From: an uncultured Eubacteriales bacterium
Lineage (GTDB): Bacteria > Bacillota > Clostridia > Oscillospirales > UBA644
Reading direction: 5' to 3'
Assembly: GCA_900547165.1 (NCBI GenBank)
Contig: URFZ01000004.1
Coordinates: 47,104-111,103, forward strand
DNA: 64,000 nt
Shown: one piece after another, positions 53,291-63,317 of the stretch
How the letters are laid out: each line of letters starts with the position of its first letter
Numbering within the stretch: position 1 is the stretch's first letter
Position numbers and translations under genes: made by a program
The notes under the pieces: model-generated
Databases searched by the model: none
Told to the model about the DNA's origin: nothing
Seen by the model: only the letters and a program-made list of their open reading frames with translations

Positions 53291-53674
53291 ATGAAACAGC
53301 GTTTTTTTATCTGCGACCGTTGCGGAAACATTGTCGCTTTTGTTAAAGAGAGCGGCGTTGACGTTGTCTGCTGTGAAGAGTTTATGAAAGAACTCGTTCC
53401 GCGCACGGTTGACGTTTCGAGCGAAAAGCACGCGCCGGTATATACGGTTGAGAACGGCGTTGTCGAAGTGAGTGTCGGCGCTCTGCCGCATCCGATGAGC
53501 GAGGAACACCATATCGAATGGATATCCTTGCGATCCAAGTTCGGCAATCAGCGCAAGGAACTGTGTCCGACGGGAGAACCGGCGGTCGGGTTTGCCTTGA
53601 GCGGCGGCGATGAGGTGCGGGAGGTATATGCCTACTGCAATCTGCACGGACTGTGGCAGAGCGACGACAGGTAA
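53291..53674 (+). CDS. dfx: Desulfoferrodoxin (2Fe superoxide reductase)
   Basis: 127 aa. N-terminal CDRCGN...CC desulforedoxin-like site and C-terminal ..CNLHGLW.. centre II ligands. Confidence 0.85.
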   Translation: MKQRFFICDRCGNIVAFVKESGVDVVCCEEFMKELVPRTVDVSSEKHAPVYTVENGVVEVSVGALPHPMSEEHHIEWISLRSKFGNQRKELCPTGEPAVGFALSGGDEVREVYAYCNLHGLWQSDDR

Positions 53675-53870
53675 CTGAAAAAGGAACGTAAAAAAACCGT
53701 ACCGCAAGGCGTGACGGCGACGCGGTAAAGAAGAAATCGGCGGCTGAGGATCAGACTGCCTCAAAAAAATATCCGTCCTGCCTGTCCTATGCGGGGCGGG
53801 TATTTTTGAGACTCTGTCAGCCGACGGCAAAACCCGGAATCCGCCCCTGCGTTTTTATAAAAATACGGAG

Positions 53871-54299
53871 ATGAAATCTATGATGACCCGAAGAGAAACA
53901 AAACAGCGCCGTCTTGTGTTGCAGGCGGTACAGTCAAGACACGACCACCCGACGGCGGAGCAGATATATGAGGACGTCCACGCAACCGACCCGAAGATAA
54001 GCCACGGAACCGTGTACCGCAATCTGAACTGTCTGTCGGAGGACGGAATCATCTGCCATGTGCGCGTTCCCGGAGCAGACAGGTACGACCTGCGCACCGA
54101 CCTGCATTACCACATATACTGCGTAAAATGTAAAAAGGTTACGGACGCGCCGTATTCGTACAAGCCTTTTCTTGACGCGGAGACGGAGGAAAATTCGGGG
54201 TACCGGATAATACGGCACCGTTTGTTTTTTGAAGGGATTTGCGCGGAGTGCGAAAAAAATTCGGGCTCTGCCGCGGAAAAAGAACCCGGTACGGGCTGA
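53871..54299 (+). CDS. perR: Fur-family peroxide-responsive regulator (PerR-like)
   Basis: 142 aa with HPTAEQIYEDV...ISHGTVYRNL (HTH) and CxxC motifs. Adjacent to rbr and dfx. Confidence 0.75.
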   Translation: MKSMMTRRETKQRRLVLQAVQSRHDHPTAEQIYEDVHATDPKISHGTVYRNLNCLSEDGIICHVRVPGADRYDLRTDLHYHIYCVKCKKVTDAPYSYKPFLDAETEENSGYRIIRHRLFFEGICAECEKNSGSAAEKEPGTG

Positions 54300-54516
54300 C
54301 CGAAAGAAGGCTTCTGTCCACGGCGGAGCGGCGCGCAAGAGTTTTGCCCCAAAGGCGCGGCGGACAGAAAAACGTGAGTTTTTTCGGGTTTAACGAAAAA
54401 AGCAGCAACGGAAAGTCTTTGCGAAATAATTTCATATCCCTCAGGCTGAAAAAGCTTGCGCGTCGGAGCGTGAGTATTCGCGGTCTGAGGGGTATTTTTT
54501 GTCCGGGAACGGGCGT

Positions 54517-55062
54517 TCACCCGTCCTCTCTTTCTTCCTCGATGTCGGAGAGGATTATCTGCCAGGAGTCGCGCATGGATTCGGCGTGACGGGCGCGGCG
54601 CTCGGCGGAAGAACGAGCCGAAGAGGGCGATGCGGTCGGTTTTGAGTTTTCCGAGGGCAGCGGGAAAGCGTTGGGACGGGAGTTCAGAACGGATTGACGG
54701 ACGCATTGCAGGCGCAGGTCCGCGTCATCGGGATAAATGGCGAAAACACGGGCGATATAGTGCTTTAACGCGGCGTTCGTGGGCGGTTTTTTGATGTAAA
54801 AACGCATTTGAACATATTCTTCGAGCGCACTTTTCAGGGATTCGTCCGCAACGGCGGCGATTATATCGTCGAACGTTTCGGAGCGCTTACTTTCTTTCTG
54901 TGACAGTATTCTTTCTTTTGATATTCTTTTATATTCATTATTCTTACGGCGGCAATTTACCGCAGGCGGTGTTTTGGCAGACGGCGGCGCAAGCCCCGAA
55001 AGCGTTTTTGAAGCGCTCGGCGGCAAAATGAGTGCAAAAAAACTCCGCGAACAGATAAGCAA
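54517..55062 (-). CDS. Hypothetical protein (start uncertain)
   Basis: 181-aa ORF. The central, helical-looking part (..SLKSALEEYVQMRFYIKKPPTNAALKHYIARVF..) looks coding. Its 3' end is the master copy of the 78-bp repeat. Confidence 0.45.
   Translation of the reverse strand: MLICSRSFFALILPPSASKTLSGLAPPSAKTPPAVNCRRKNNEYKRISKERILSQKESKRSETFDDIIAAVADESLKSALEEYVQMRFYIKKPPTNAALKHYIARVFAIYPDDADLRLQCVRQSVLNSRPNAFPLPSENSKPTASPSSARSSAERRARHAESMRDSWQIILSDIEEEREDG
54521..54598 (-). repeat. About 78-bp repeat, intact copy (3' end of CDS 54517-55062)
   Basis: Partner of 52433-52510. Confidence 0.75.
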
Positions 55063-55191
55063 ACTGCTCGCGGGTTAAAATAAAAAACTTGCCTTTTTCC
55101 GGCTTAGGCTGAATATGTTTTTCAAAAAGTATAAGAGTGCCTGCGAAAAATTTCCGCAGGCACTTTCAAATTCAAGTCAGGTCTGACAAAG

Positions 55192-57051
55192 CTACTGCCT
55201 TACCGAGTCCGTCTTCTTCGCCACAAAGTAGAATATCGCCATGGCGTCCGCTATGTCCACATCGTTGTCGTCGTTTACGTTGCAGCGCACCAGCGCGTCC
55301 TCGGGAAGCAGTTCCTTTTTCGCAACATGGTAGAACACGAGCATGGCGTCGGTGATGTCAACCTCACCGCTGCCGTCCGCGTCGCCGTAAACGATATCGA
55401 GGGTCGGTTCGATAGAATAAACGCTGAAATGATCGGTTTCAAACACCATAAAGCCGTTTGAATAGACAGCGTTCATGTCGTTCTTTGCGCCGTTGTCGGC
55501 GATATGGTAAACACGCATATCGGCGCCGTTCATGCCCTGCGGAACGGGAAGAGCCACAAGGACAGCGCCGTTAGGCTGAACGGTTTCGCCGCCTTTGACA
55601 AGACCTATGTCGAACACCGCCTTTTCGGCGGTCTGCTCTTTTACAACAACGGAAAGTTCCGCATTTTCGGGAACACCGCCGCCGACGGTCACGCCGCTTG
55701 ACGTGTCCGTAAGCTCGCGATATTCGACAAACGGTATGCCGTTTTTGTCCGCATAGGTTTCGGCACAAGAACCTTTAACGCCGTATATAGTCAGGTTGTC
55801 GCAGCCGTCAAATGCGGAATTGCCTATGTTTACAACGCTTGCGGGGATGAGTACAAATTTAAGTTCGGCGCAGTTCAAAAACGCGCAGGCTCCTATCTGC
55901 GTTGCGCTGTCGGGAATTTTTACGAAAGTCAGTTTTGAGCAGCCGTAAAATGCGTATCTGCCTATTTGGCGCAGTCCTGCCGGAAACGAAATTTGGGTCA
56001 GTTCGGGGAAAGCATTGAACGCGTTATCACCGATATTTTTCAAACCGTCCGGCAACCTGACACGGGTAAGCTTCGGGCAGGCCGAAAAAGCGCCGTCGGT
56101 GATTTCCGTAATATTCGGCAGGGATACTTCCGCAAGTCCCGAGCCGCTGAAAGCGTTAACACCGAGTTTTGTTACGCTGTCCGGAATACTTATTTTTGTC
56201 AAATCCGTGCAGCCCGCAAAGGCTCTTGCTCCTATCTCGGTCACGCTGCCGTCGGAAGGGATAATGCTTGTCTTACAGCCGACGACAAGTTTTTTTGAGG
56301 ATTTTTCAATAAGGCAGTTGTCAACGCTGAAAAACTCCGTGTTGTTTTTGTCAACGGTTATCGAGGTCAGCCCCGGGCAGTACGCAAATGCGGAGGAGGC
56401 TATCCATGTCACGGCAGAGGGAACAGTCAGCTGCGTCAATCTGTCGCGGCCCCAAAAAGCGGAGGAGCCTATCGAGGTCACGCTGCCGTCGGACGGAATA
56501 ACGCTTGAAGCACAGCCCGCGATAAGGTTGCCGGAAGATATTTCCGTAAGGCAGTTGCCCGCGTCACTGAAAAATGTGTTTTTTTCGTCAACCGTAATGC
56601 TTTCGAGAGAGGGACAATCGGAAAATGCACCCGCTCCTATATTCGTCACATTTGCGGGTATATTTATGCTTGTCAGACTGCCGCAACCCTGAAAGGCTTC
56701 GGGAGCGATAGAGGTCAAGCCGTCGGGCAGAGTTATCGAAGAAAGAGAAGAGCAAGCCTTAAACGCGCCCCACGCTATCTCCGTCACGCTGTCGGGAAGA
56801 GTTATCCCAGTCATAGCCGAGCGGTTGAAAAATGCGGAATCGCCTATCACGGTCACGGTGTATCCGCCGAGCGTGGACGGAACAACAACGCTGCCCTCAA
56901 CATCGCCGTAATAATCCGTAACAACGGCTGTGCCGTTTTTCACGTCGTATTGCCAAGCGCCGACGGATTTTGCCGAGAATTGCGCGGCGAATGCGGGAAC
57001 AAGAGAAAGTACCAGCGCAAACGTCAGCAGCACGGAAAGTGTTTTTTTCAT
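55192..57051 (-). CDS. Secreted leucine-rich-repeat (BspA-like) protein with C-terminal dockerin
   Basis: 619 aa with a signal peptide and many ..IPDSVT.IG..AF..C..L.. LRR units. C-terminal dockerin GDADGSGEVDITDAML...NDDNDVDIADAMA. Confidence 0.85.
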   Translation of the reverse strand: MKKTLSVLLTFALVLSLVPAFAAQFSAKSVGAWQYDVKNGTAVVTDYYGDVEGSVVVPSTLGGYTVTVIGDSAFFNRSAMTGITLPDSVTEIAWGAFKACSSLSSITLPDGLTSIAPEAFQGCGSLTSINIPANVTNIGAGAFSDCPSLESITVDEKNTFFSDAGNCLTEISSGNLIAGCASSVIPSDGSVTSIGSSAFWGRDRLTQLTVPSAVTWIASSAFAYCPGLTSITVDKNNTEFFSVDNCLIEKSSKKLVVGCKTSIIPSDGSVTEIGARAFAGCTDLTKISIPDSVTKLGVNAFSGSGLAEVSLPNITEITDGAFSACPKLTRVRLPDGLKNIGDNAFNAFPELTQISFPAGLRQIGRYAFYGCSKLTFVKIPDSATQIGACAFLNCAELKFVLIPASVVNIGNSAFDGCDNLTIYGVKGSCAETYADKNGIPFVEYRELTDTSSGVTVGGGVPENAELSVVVKEQTAEKAVFDIGLVKGGETVQPNGAVLVALPVPQGMNGADMRVYHIADNGAKNDMNAVYSNGFMVFETDHFSVYSIEPTLDIVYGDADGSGEVDITDAMLVFYHVAKKELLPEDALVRCNVNDDNDVDIADAMAIFYFVAKKTDSVRQ

Positions 57052-57293
57052 TTTTTATACCTCTTTTATTTTCGCCCGCAGACGAAAACTTTTAATTTTC
57101 ACAGGTATTATACTACCGTTTAATGTTTTTGTCAACATATTTAAATTTTTATCATACGGAAAATCCATATCACGGAATTTATATCTCCGAATCAGCCGCA
57201 AAAGCAGTTCTTTATTAAATTGAACCCCATATTTTGCAAGCAAAAGTATATATCACAAAGTTTTATAGAGTTGTAAGTCAAAGCCGACAGTTT

Positions 57294-58718
57294 TTATCTC
57301 GAATCAAACCCCTGTTTCGCGAGCAACAGCAGCGTTATAACATTCGGAAACGCCATAAGCGCGTTGCATATATCTGCGGCGTCCCATGCGGCACGGACGG
57401 GAACGAATGCTCCGAAAAATACGAATGCGATGTAAGCAAGGCGATACAGCGTCAGAAAAAGCCCGAAGCGGCGGCGTTTTCCGCAGAGATAGCGCAGGCT
57501 TTGTTCGCCGTAAAAGCACCAACCGACAGCCGTTGTAAACGCAAAAAGTATCAGGCATACGCCGAGCATAACGCGCCCGAACGGGGAATTTTCGCCGAAC
57601 ACGGGCGCAAGCCCTTTGGTGAAAGCCGAGGTTACGAGGTCGGCGGCTTCAAGAATTTTTGAGCCGTTCGAAAGCGGCATATCCGCACCCGTGACAAGCA
57701 CGGCAAGACCGGTCAGCAGGCAGATAACGTGAGTGTCGAAAAACGTGCCGAGCATAGCCACAAGCCCTTGTTCGCGAGGGTCTTTTCCGTCCGAGCAGGC
57801 AATGGCTATCGGCGCTGTGCCGACGCCCGATTCGTTTGAAAATATGCCGCGTGAAACGCCGAGACGCACGGTTTGGGAGATACCGTAACCGACCGTACCG
57901 CCGACCGCAGCGGACGGGTCAAACGCGCCGACAAAGATACGCCCGACGGCGGCGGGGAGCGCCGAGAGATTGCAGCCGATGACGCACAGTGCAAGCACGA
58001 TGTACACGCCCGCCATAACAGGCACGGCAACCGTGGAAAACGTGCTGACGCCTTTCAGCCCGCCGAAGATTATGACCGCCGCCAAAAATGCGGAAACAAC
58101 GGCAAACACGGCAACGGACAGCGGCACGGACGCGCCGAAAACGGAAAAACTTTTTTCTTTGCCGAACGCGCCCGCTATACCGCGAACGCAGAGAGCCATT
58201 CCGTTTGACTGAACAAGCGTTCCGAGCCCCGTGACCGCGCCGACGACGCAGACAAGCGCAAAGAACACGGCAAACGCGCGCGGCAGTTTTTTCGCGCGCG
58301 GAAAACGACTTGAAAGCCCGCATTCCATATATAAAAAAGGACCGCCGAACGGAACGCCGAACGTATCGGTCTTTCTGTATTTCACGGCAAAAAAGCCCTC
58401 GGAGAACTTAACCGCCATGCCGAGCGTGGCGCAAAGGATCATCCAAAAAAGCGCGCCCGCACCGCCGTAAACGACGGCGGCGGTCACTCCGACGATGTTG
58501 CCTGTGCCTATCGTGGCGGAAAGCGATGTGCAGAGCGCGGCGAAAGGAGAAACGCCGACGCCCGTCCCTTTGCGAAACACTCCCGCAAACGCCTTTTTGA
58601 AGCCCCTGAATTGAATAAAACCCGTCGCGACAGTCAGAAAAACACCCGCAAAAAGAATAAGCGCCGTGAGCGGCACGCCCCACAGCACACGACTGATTTT
58701 TTCAAGAATTTCGACCAT
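57294..58718 (-). CDS. Sodium:alanine symporter family (AGCS) transporter
   Basis: About 474 aa and polytopic. N-terminus MVEILEKISRVLWGVPLTALILFAGVFLT..GFIQFRGF and GTGNIVGV are typical of AGCS. Start at ATG 58718. Confidence 0.8.
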   Translation of the reverse strand: MVEILEKISRVLWGVPLTALILFAGVFLTVATGFIQFRGFKKAFAGVFRKGTGVGVSPFAALCTSLSATIGTGNIVGVTAAVVYGGAGALFWMILCATLGMAVKFSEGFFAVKYRKTDTFGVPFGGPFLYMECGLSSRFPRAKKLPRAFAVFFALVCVVGAVTGLGTLVQSNGMALCVRGIAGAFGKEKSFSVFGASVPLSVAVFAVVSAFLAAVIIFGGLKGVSTFSTVAVPVMAGVYIVLALCVIGCNLSALPAAVGRIFVGAFDPSAAVGGTVGYGISQTVRLGVSRGIFSNESGVGTAPIAIACSDGKDPREQGLVAMLGTFFDTHVICLLTGLAVLVTGADMPLSNGSKILEAADLVTSAFTKGLAPVFGENSPFGRVMLGVCLILFAFTTAVGWCFYGEQSLRYLCGKRRRFGLFLTLYRLAYIAFVFFGAFVPVRAAWDAADICNALMAFPNVITLLLLAKQGFDSR

Positions 58719-58888
58719 GCCGCACACTCCGCATATTTTTGTAGATTTATATGCGAATGAACGATGAAATATTATTATTAAACATTATCGACACTCAACT
58801 TATTCGGAATTTTATTGTGAAAGACGGAGAATCACCGAGCGAGAATTCCCCGTCATTATATACGCTTAAAATATGTTCCGACCTTATA

Positions 58889-59287
58889 TCAATCTGTTTT
58901 TTCCGACAGCCAATCGCGCGCGTTCATTATACTTATTCCGTCATATTGCATTTCGGGGTCATCGTCAAGCGTCAAAACAAATTTCGGATAACGGTCTTTG
59001 ACGGCGGTCAGCGGACGCAATTCGCGTTTTAGAGTATTTTCGTCACGAACGGTCAGCGCGACCTGATAATACAGCGTCTCTTTCCCTTTTTGAGAAACAA
59101 AATCTGTCTCAAACTCGTCGATCTTGCCCACATAAACATCATAGCCGTTGCGCAAAAGTTCAAGATATACCACATTTTCCGAAATTCGAGCAGCATCAAC
59201 GCGCCGCGAGCCGAGCAGCCGCAATTCCATACAAAGAGAGTATGCGTACTTGTCAAGCGCCGCTTTGGTCACAGCGAAAAGCCCCAT
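58889..59287 (-). pseudogene. Truncated C-terminal remnant of a DUF4143-type ATPase gene
   Basis: ..ENVVYLELLRNGYDVYVGKIDEFETDFV...YYQVALTVRDENTLKRELRPL...LTLDDDP.. aligns with the last 100 or so aa of 31849-33039. The Walker ATPase half is missing. Confidence 0.7.
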
Positions 59288-59433
59288 GAACGGGAGCGGA
59301 TTGAGCGGCGCAACTTTTTTCTCTGCCGCTCCGACGTTTTTTCAAAACTATACCCGATAAGGTATAATTCGCACAAATCCAATGCGTTTTATACCCTATC
59401 GGGTACGATTTTATATTCAGATAAACTTTTTGT

Positions 59434-60333
59434 TTATTCTGCGGCAGTTGTCGCCGCTTCTTTTGCGGGTTCGTTCGCGCCGAACGCGGTCGCGGTGTAT
59501 GACGTAACGCCGAGAATGGTCTCGCCGTCTATTTGAAGCGCGCGCGGGCTGTCAAACTCAACGGTTATGGTCTTGCCTTCAAGCACGGTCACACAGTCCG
59601 TGTGTTTGACGTGTTCGCCCTTGAAAATGGACGGGAAGATAGCCAATGTCTTTATCTTGCCCGAACCGTGGAAAAGCATCGTTGAAAGTTTGCCGCCGTT
59701 TCTGACCTGCTCGGGGGTCGGCATCATACCGCCGCCGTAAAATCTGCCGTTCATCGTAGGCGCAAGCCATACTTTTTTGAACTCATGACGAACACCGTCA
59801 ACGGTAACGACCGCGTTTGTCGGTTTGTAGTGGAACAGCAGCCCCTTAATTGCTATTCCCGCATAATTGATGTCTTTCTTTCCCTCGCCGCGCATTTTGT
59901 CGCCTACTTCGCAACAATAACCGTCGATACCGTAGCCGATGCCGTTGATAAAGCGGTATGTATTGCCTTTTACGCAGACCGTAGGCAGATTTTTAAGATA
60001 TTCGGTAATGTCGAACGGTTCGTCGTCCGCAGTTTTGCCGAGGTCGTGCGCAAAGTCGTTGCCAGAGCCGAGCGGACAGTAGAAAACATCGTGTCCGAGG
60101 TCGCGGTTGCCGACAAAATTGATAAATCTGTTCAGCGTTCCGTCGCCGCCGCAGACGATGAGTTTATCGTCGGGAGCAAGGGAAAAAAGAGTGCTCTCGT
60201 AAACGCTTTCGTCGGTCATATTGCAGAAGACCGCGCCCTCGCCTACAACTTTTGTCAGACCTTTCGCGCTGTCTCCGCACCTGCCGTTGCCCGCAAGCGG
60301 GTTAAAAAATACATAAGTGGTTGCCATATCCAT
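59434..60333 (-). CDS. Diacylglycerol/lipid kinase family protein (YegS/BmrU-like)
   Basis: ..YVFFNPLAGNGR.. and the VCGGDGTLN motif. The start is either ATG 60333 or ATG 60327. Confidence 0.8.
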   Translation of the reverse strand: MDMATTYVFFNPLAGNGRCGDSAKGLTKVVGEGAVFCNMTDESVYESTLFSLAPDDKLIVCGGDGTLNRFINFVGNRDLGHDVFYCPLGSGNDFAHDLGKTADDEPFDITEYLKNLPTVCVKGNTYRFINGIGYGIDGYCCEVGDKMRGEGKKDINYAGIAIKGLLFHYKPTNAVVTVDGVRHEFKKVWLAPTMNGRFYGGGMMPTPEQVRNGGKLSTMLFHGSGKIKTLAIFPSIFKGEHVKHTDCVTVLEGKTITVEFDSPRALQIDGETILGVTSYTATAFGANEPAKEAATTAAE

Positions 60334-60564
60334 ATTCCTCTCTTGCCGTCCGCCGAACTCCTTTCGGACCCCGGCGGACGTTTTCATATTCATTTATGGT
60401 TTTTCAGAGCCGTGGAACAGAGCATATCCGGAACGGGCAGACGGCCTTCATACGCCGATACCGTCCGCCGTTTCTTACGGGATAAGCGGATTGAACCGCA
60501 AAACTCTTATACCCGAAGTGCCGAAAACTTTTTTGCCCCGTTTTATTAGCCGACAGCCGCTGAA

Positions 60565-62379
60565 TTACTTATCAAGGATCTGCATAAACTCTTCGCCCGT
60601 GATAGTTTCCTTTTCATAAAGGAACTTGGCAAGCTCGTCGAGTTTTTCGCGGTTTTCGGTGATTATCCGCGTCGCTTTCGCATACTGCTTCTTAACAAGG
60701 TCAACTACCTTTTTGTCCACTTCGCGCTGCGTTTCCGCCGAGCAGGAAAGCTGCGTGTCGCCGCCGAGATACTGATTCGTTTCGGTTTCAAGCGCAACCA
60801 TGCCGAACTCGTCGCTCATACCGTAACGGGTTATCATGGAGCGCGCAAGGTTCGTTGCCTGTTCGATGTCGTTTGATGCACCAGTGGTTATCGAGCCGAA
60901 AACGACCTCTTCCGCAACTCTGCCGCCCGTGAGCGTGGCTATCTTGTTCTCCATTTCCTCTTTCGTCCAAAGGTAATGGTTGCCTTCCTCCACCTGCATG
61001 GTATAACCGAGCGCGCCCGACGTTCTCGGAACAATGGTTATCTTTTGAACGGGTGCGGACTGCGTCTGCTTTGCCGCCACAAGCGCATGACCTATTTCGT
61101 GATACGACACTATGCGTTTTTCGTGGTCCGTGAGTATCGCGTTCTTCTTCTGATAGCCCGCGATAACGACTTCTATGCTCTCTTCGAGGTCGGACTGAGT
61201 AACGGTATTTCTGCCGTCGCGAACCGCACGGAGAGCCGCTTCGTTGACGATGTTCGCAAGTTCCGCGCCCGATGCGCCGGAAGCCATACGCGCAACAGCG
61301 GAGTAATCTATATTGGGTTCGGTCTTAACTTTTTTGGCGTGAACGCGCAGAATAGCCTCTCTGCCTTTCAGGTCGGGCAGTTCAACGGGAACGCGGCGGT
61401 CAAAACGTCCGGGACGCGTCAGCGCGGGGTCGAGAGATTCGGGTCTGTTCGTCGCCGCAAGAATGATAACGCCCGTGTTGCCCTCAAAACCGTCCATTTC
61501 CGTCAACAGCTGGTTCAGGGTCTGCTCACGCTCGTCGTTGCCGCCTATGCGCGAATCGCGCTTGCCGCCTATCGCGTCTATCTCATCGATAAATACTATG
61601 CACGGAGCCTTTTCTTTTGCCTGGTTGAACAGGTCGCGGACTTTTGAAGCGCCCATACCGACGAACATTTCAACGAACTCCGAACCGCTCATTGAGAAGA
61701 ACGGAACGTTCGCTTCGCCCGCAACGGCTTTTGCAAGCATTGTTTTACCCGTGCCCGGAGGGCCTACGAGCAATATGCCTTTCGGCATCGACGCGCCTAT
61801 TTCCGTATATTTTTTCGGGTCGTGAAGATATTCCACTATCTCGGCCAGGTTTTCTTTCGCTTCGTCCTCGCCCGCAACGTCATCAAAGCGTATGCCGCTT
61901 GAAGACTTGACATATACCCTTGCATTGCTCTTGCCCATATCGAACATCATCGAGCCTGCGCCGCCGCCCATTTTCTTCATCATCCAGCGGGACAGCAACT
62001 GCCCGAGAACGAACAAGATCACAAGGGGAAGCACCCAATAAACGACGAAACTTACAATAGGCGAAGTCTCTTCGATTATCTGCGTCGAAAACTTTGCGCC
62101 CGACGCTTCGAGACGGGAAACAAGTTCATCGTCCGTGCCGATATAACCGGTTTTATAAAGGTTGCCCTGCTTGTCGGAAAAAACTATCTTGTTGGACGCA
62201 ATATCGACCTCGTCAAGTTCTTTCTGCTCCGTCATTTTGATAAACGTGCCGTAATCGACCTCTTTGACCTGCTTTTCCGCTATGCGCGGCATCAGAAGCA
62301 GGTTAAAAAGAACGATAACGAGCAGCGCGATGCCGTAATAGAAAAATAACGGCTTGTTCGGTTTTTTTACTTCGTTCAT
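60565..62379 (-). CDS. ftsH: ATP-dependent zinc metalloprotease FtsH
   Basis: 604 aa with Walker A GPPGTGKT, the SRH region and a HEIGHA zinc site. Confidence 0.93.
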   Translation of the reverse strand: MNEVKKPNKPLFFYYGIALLVIVLFNLLLMPRIAEKQVKEVDYGTFIKMTEQKELDEVDIASNKIVFSDKQGNLYKTGYIGTDDELVSRLEASGAKFSTQIIEETSPIVSFVVYWVLPLVILFVLGQLLSRWMMKKMGGGAGSMMFDMGKSNARVYVKSSSGIRFDDVAGEDEAKENLAEIVEYLHDPKKYTEIGASMPKGILLVGPPGTGKTMLAKAVAGEANVPFFSMSGSEFVEMFVGMGASKVRDLFNQAKEKAPCIVFIDEIDAIGGKRDSRIGGNDEREQTLNQLLTEMDGFEGNTGVIILAATNRPESLDPALTRPGRFDRRVPVELPDLKGREAILRVHAKKVKTEPNIDYSAVARMASGASGAELANIVNEAALRAVRDGRNTVTQSDLEESIEVVIAGYQKKNAILTDHEKRIVSYHEIGHALVAAKQTQSAPVQKITIVPRTSGALGYTMQVEEGNHYLWTKEEMENKIATLTGGRVAEEVVFGSITTGASNDIEQATNLARSMITRYGMSDEFGMVALETETNQYLGGDTQLSCSAETQREVDKKVVDLVKKQYAKATRIITENREKLDELAKFLYEKETITGEEFMQILDK

Positions 62380-62731
62380 ACCGAAAATCCTTTCGTTAAA
62401 AACTTTGCGTATCTCACATTATACATTTTTATAGCCAAATCACTTCGCACGTTTTATTGTAACATAAATTTTCGATTTACGCAAGTCTTTCCGAAAAAAT
62501 GTTTTCGAAAGAAACACAATCGACCGAAAACTCCGAAAAACGCGTTGTCACGAGCAAAGAATACGTGCAGCGGACATATAACAAGACAAAACTTCAAATC
62601 ACGATTTGTCTGAACCATATAGCAAAGATATTCTTTACTGTGTCAGTTTCAAGTTTCAAATAAACATTAAAAAAGAAAAAAGGTCTCCGGATTTTCGGAG
62701 ACCGAGGTTTTTCGTGATCCTGTCCGTGTTG

Positions 62732-63211
62732 TCAGAACAGTTTTATCTCTTCGGGCGGGAGGTGTTTTTCCGCGTAAACGTCGAGGAACCAGCTGAACGC
62801 TATGCTGAGAGCTCCCACGATAAAGATTATGTAATGAACCCAATATATATTGCCGTAATGCAGCGTTTTTGTAAAGGGAAAACCGAGAAGTCCGATAACC
62901 GCCCATACGAAAGCGATAACGTGCGTGAACCACTCTTTCGGCATGGTAAAACAAAAAATCGCCGCCACAAGGCATATAAAGAACAGCGCGAACGGAACGA
63001 GGAACTCGTTGTTTATCGCGTAGCCGGGAATGACGGAACGCCAATAATCTTTCATTTCATCGAAGTTGAGCCATATATAACCGGAGATGGAGGAAGTCTG
63101 ACCGTCACCGTAAGAATAGTACGGCAGGAACATCAAAAGCCATTGAATGAGTATCAGACCGCCTGTTCCGTAGGCGAGAAACTGTCTTTTTCTTGCGAGT
63201 TTTTCCAACAT
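62732..63211 (-). CDS. Small membrane protein of unknown function
   Basis: About 159 aa from ATG 63211 (MLEKLARKRQ...), with four hydrophobic helices. Confidence 0.55.
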   Translation of the reverse strand: MLEKLARKRQFLAYGTGGLILIQWLLMFLPYYSYGDGQTSSISGYIWLNFDEMKDYWRSVIPGYAINNEFLVPFALFFICLVAAIFCFTMPKEWFTHVIAFVWAVIGLLGFPFTKTLHYGNIYWVHYIIFIVGALSIAFSWFLDVYAEKHLPPEEIKLF

Positions 63212-63317
63212 AACTTTGCTCCTTATCAAGCAATACTGACGATATTATATAACATCGCTCGGCAAAAGTCAAGTTTTGTCATAAAAAAATCGGTTTAGAG
63301 GAATCAATACGGTCACA

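Noticed and set aside
54107-54706. 199-aa minus-strand ORF overlapping perR and the intergenic region
   Set aside because: It is antisense to the well-supported Fur/PerR gene over its first part. It is low-complexity and Arg/Pro-rich, with no RBS.
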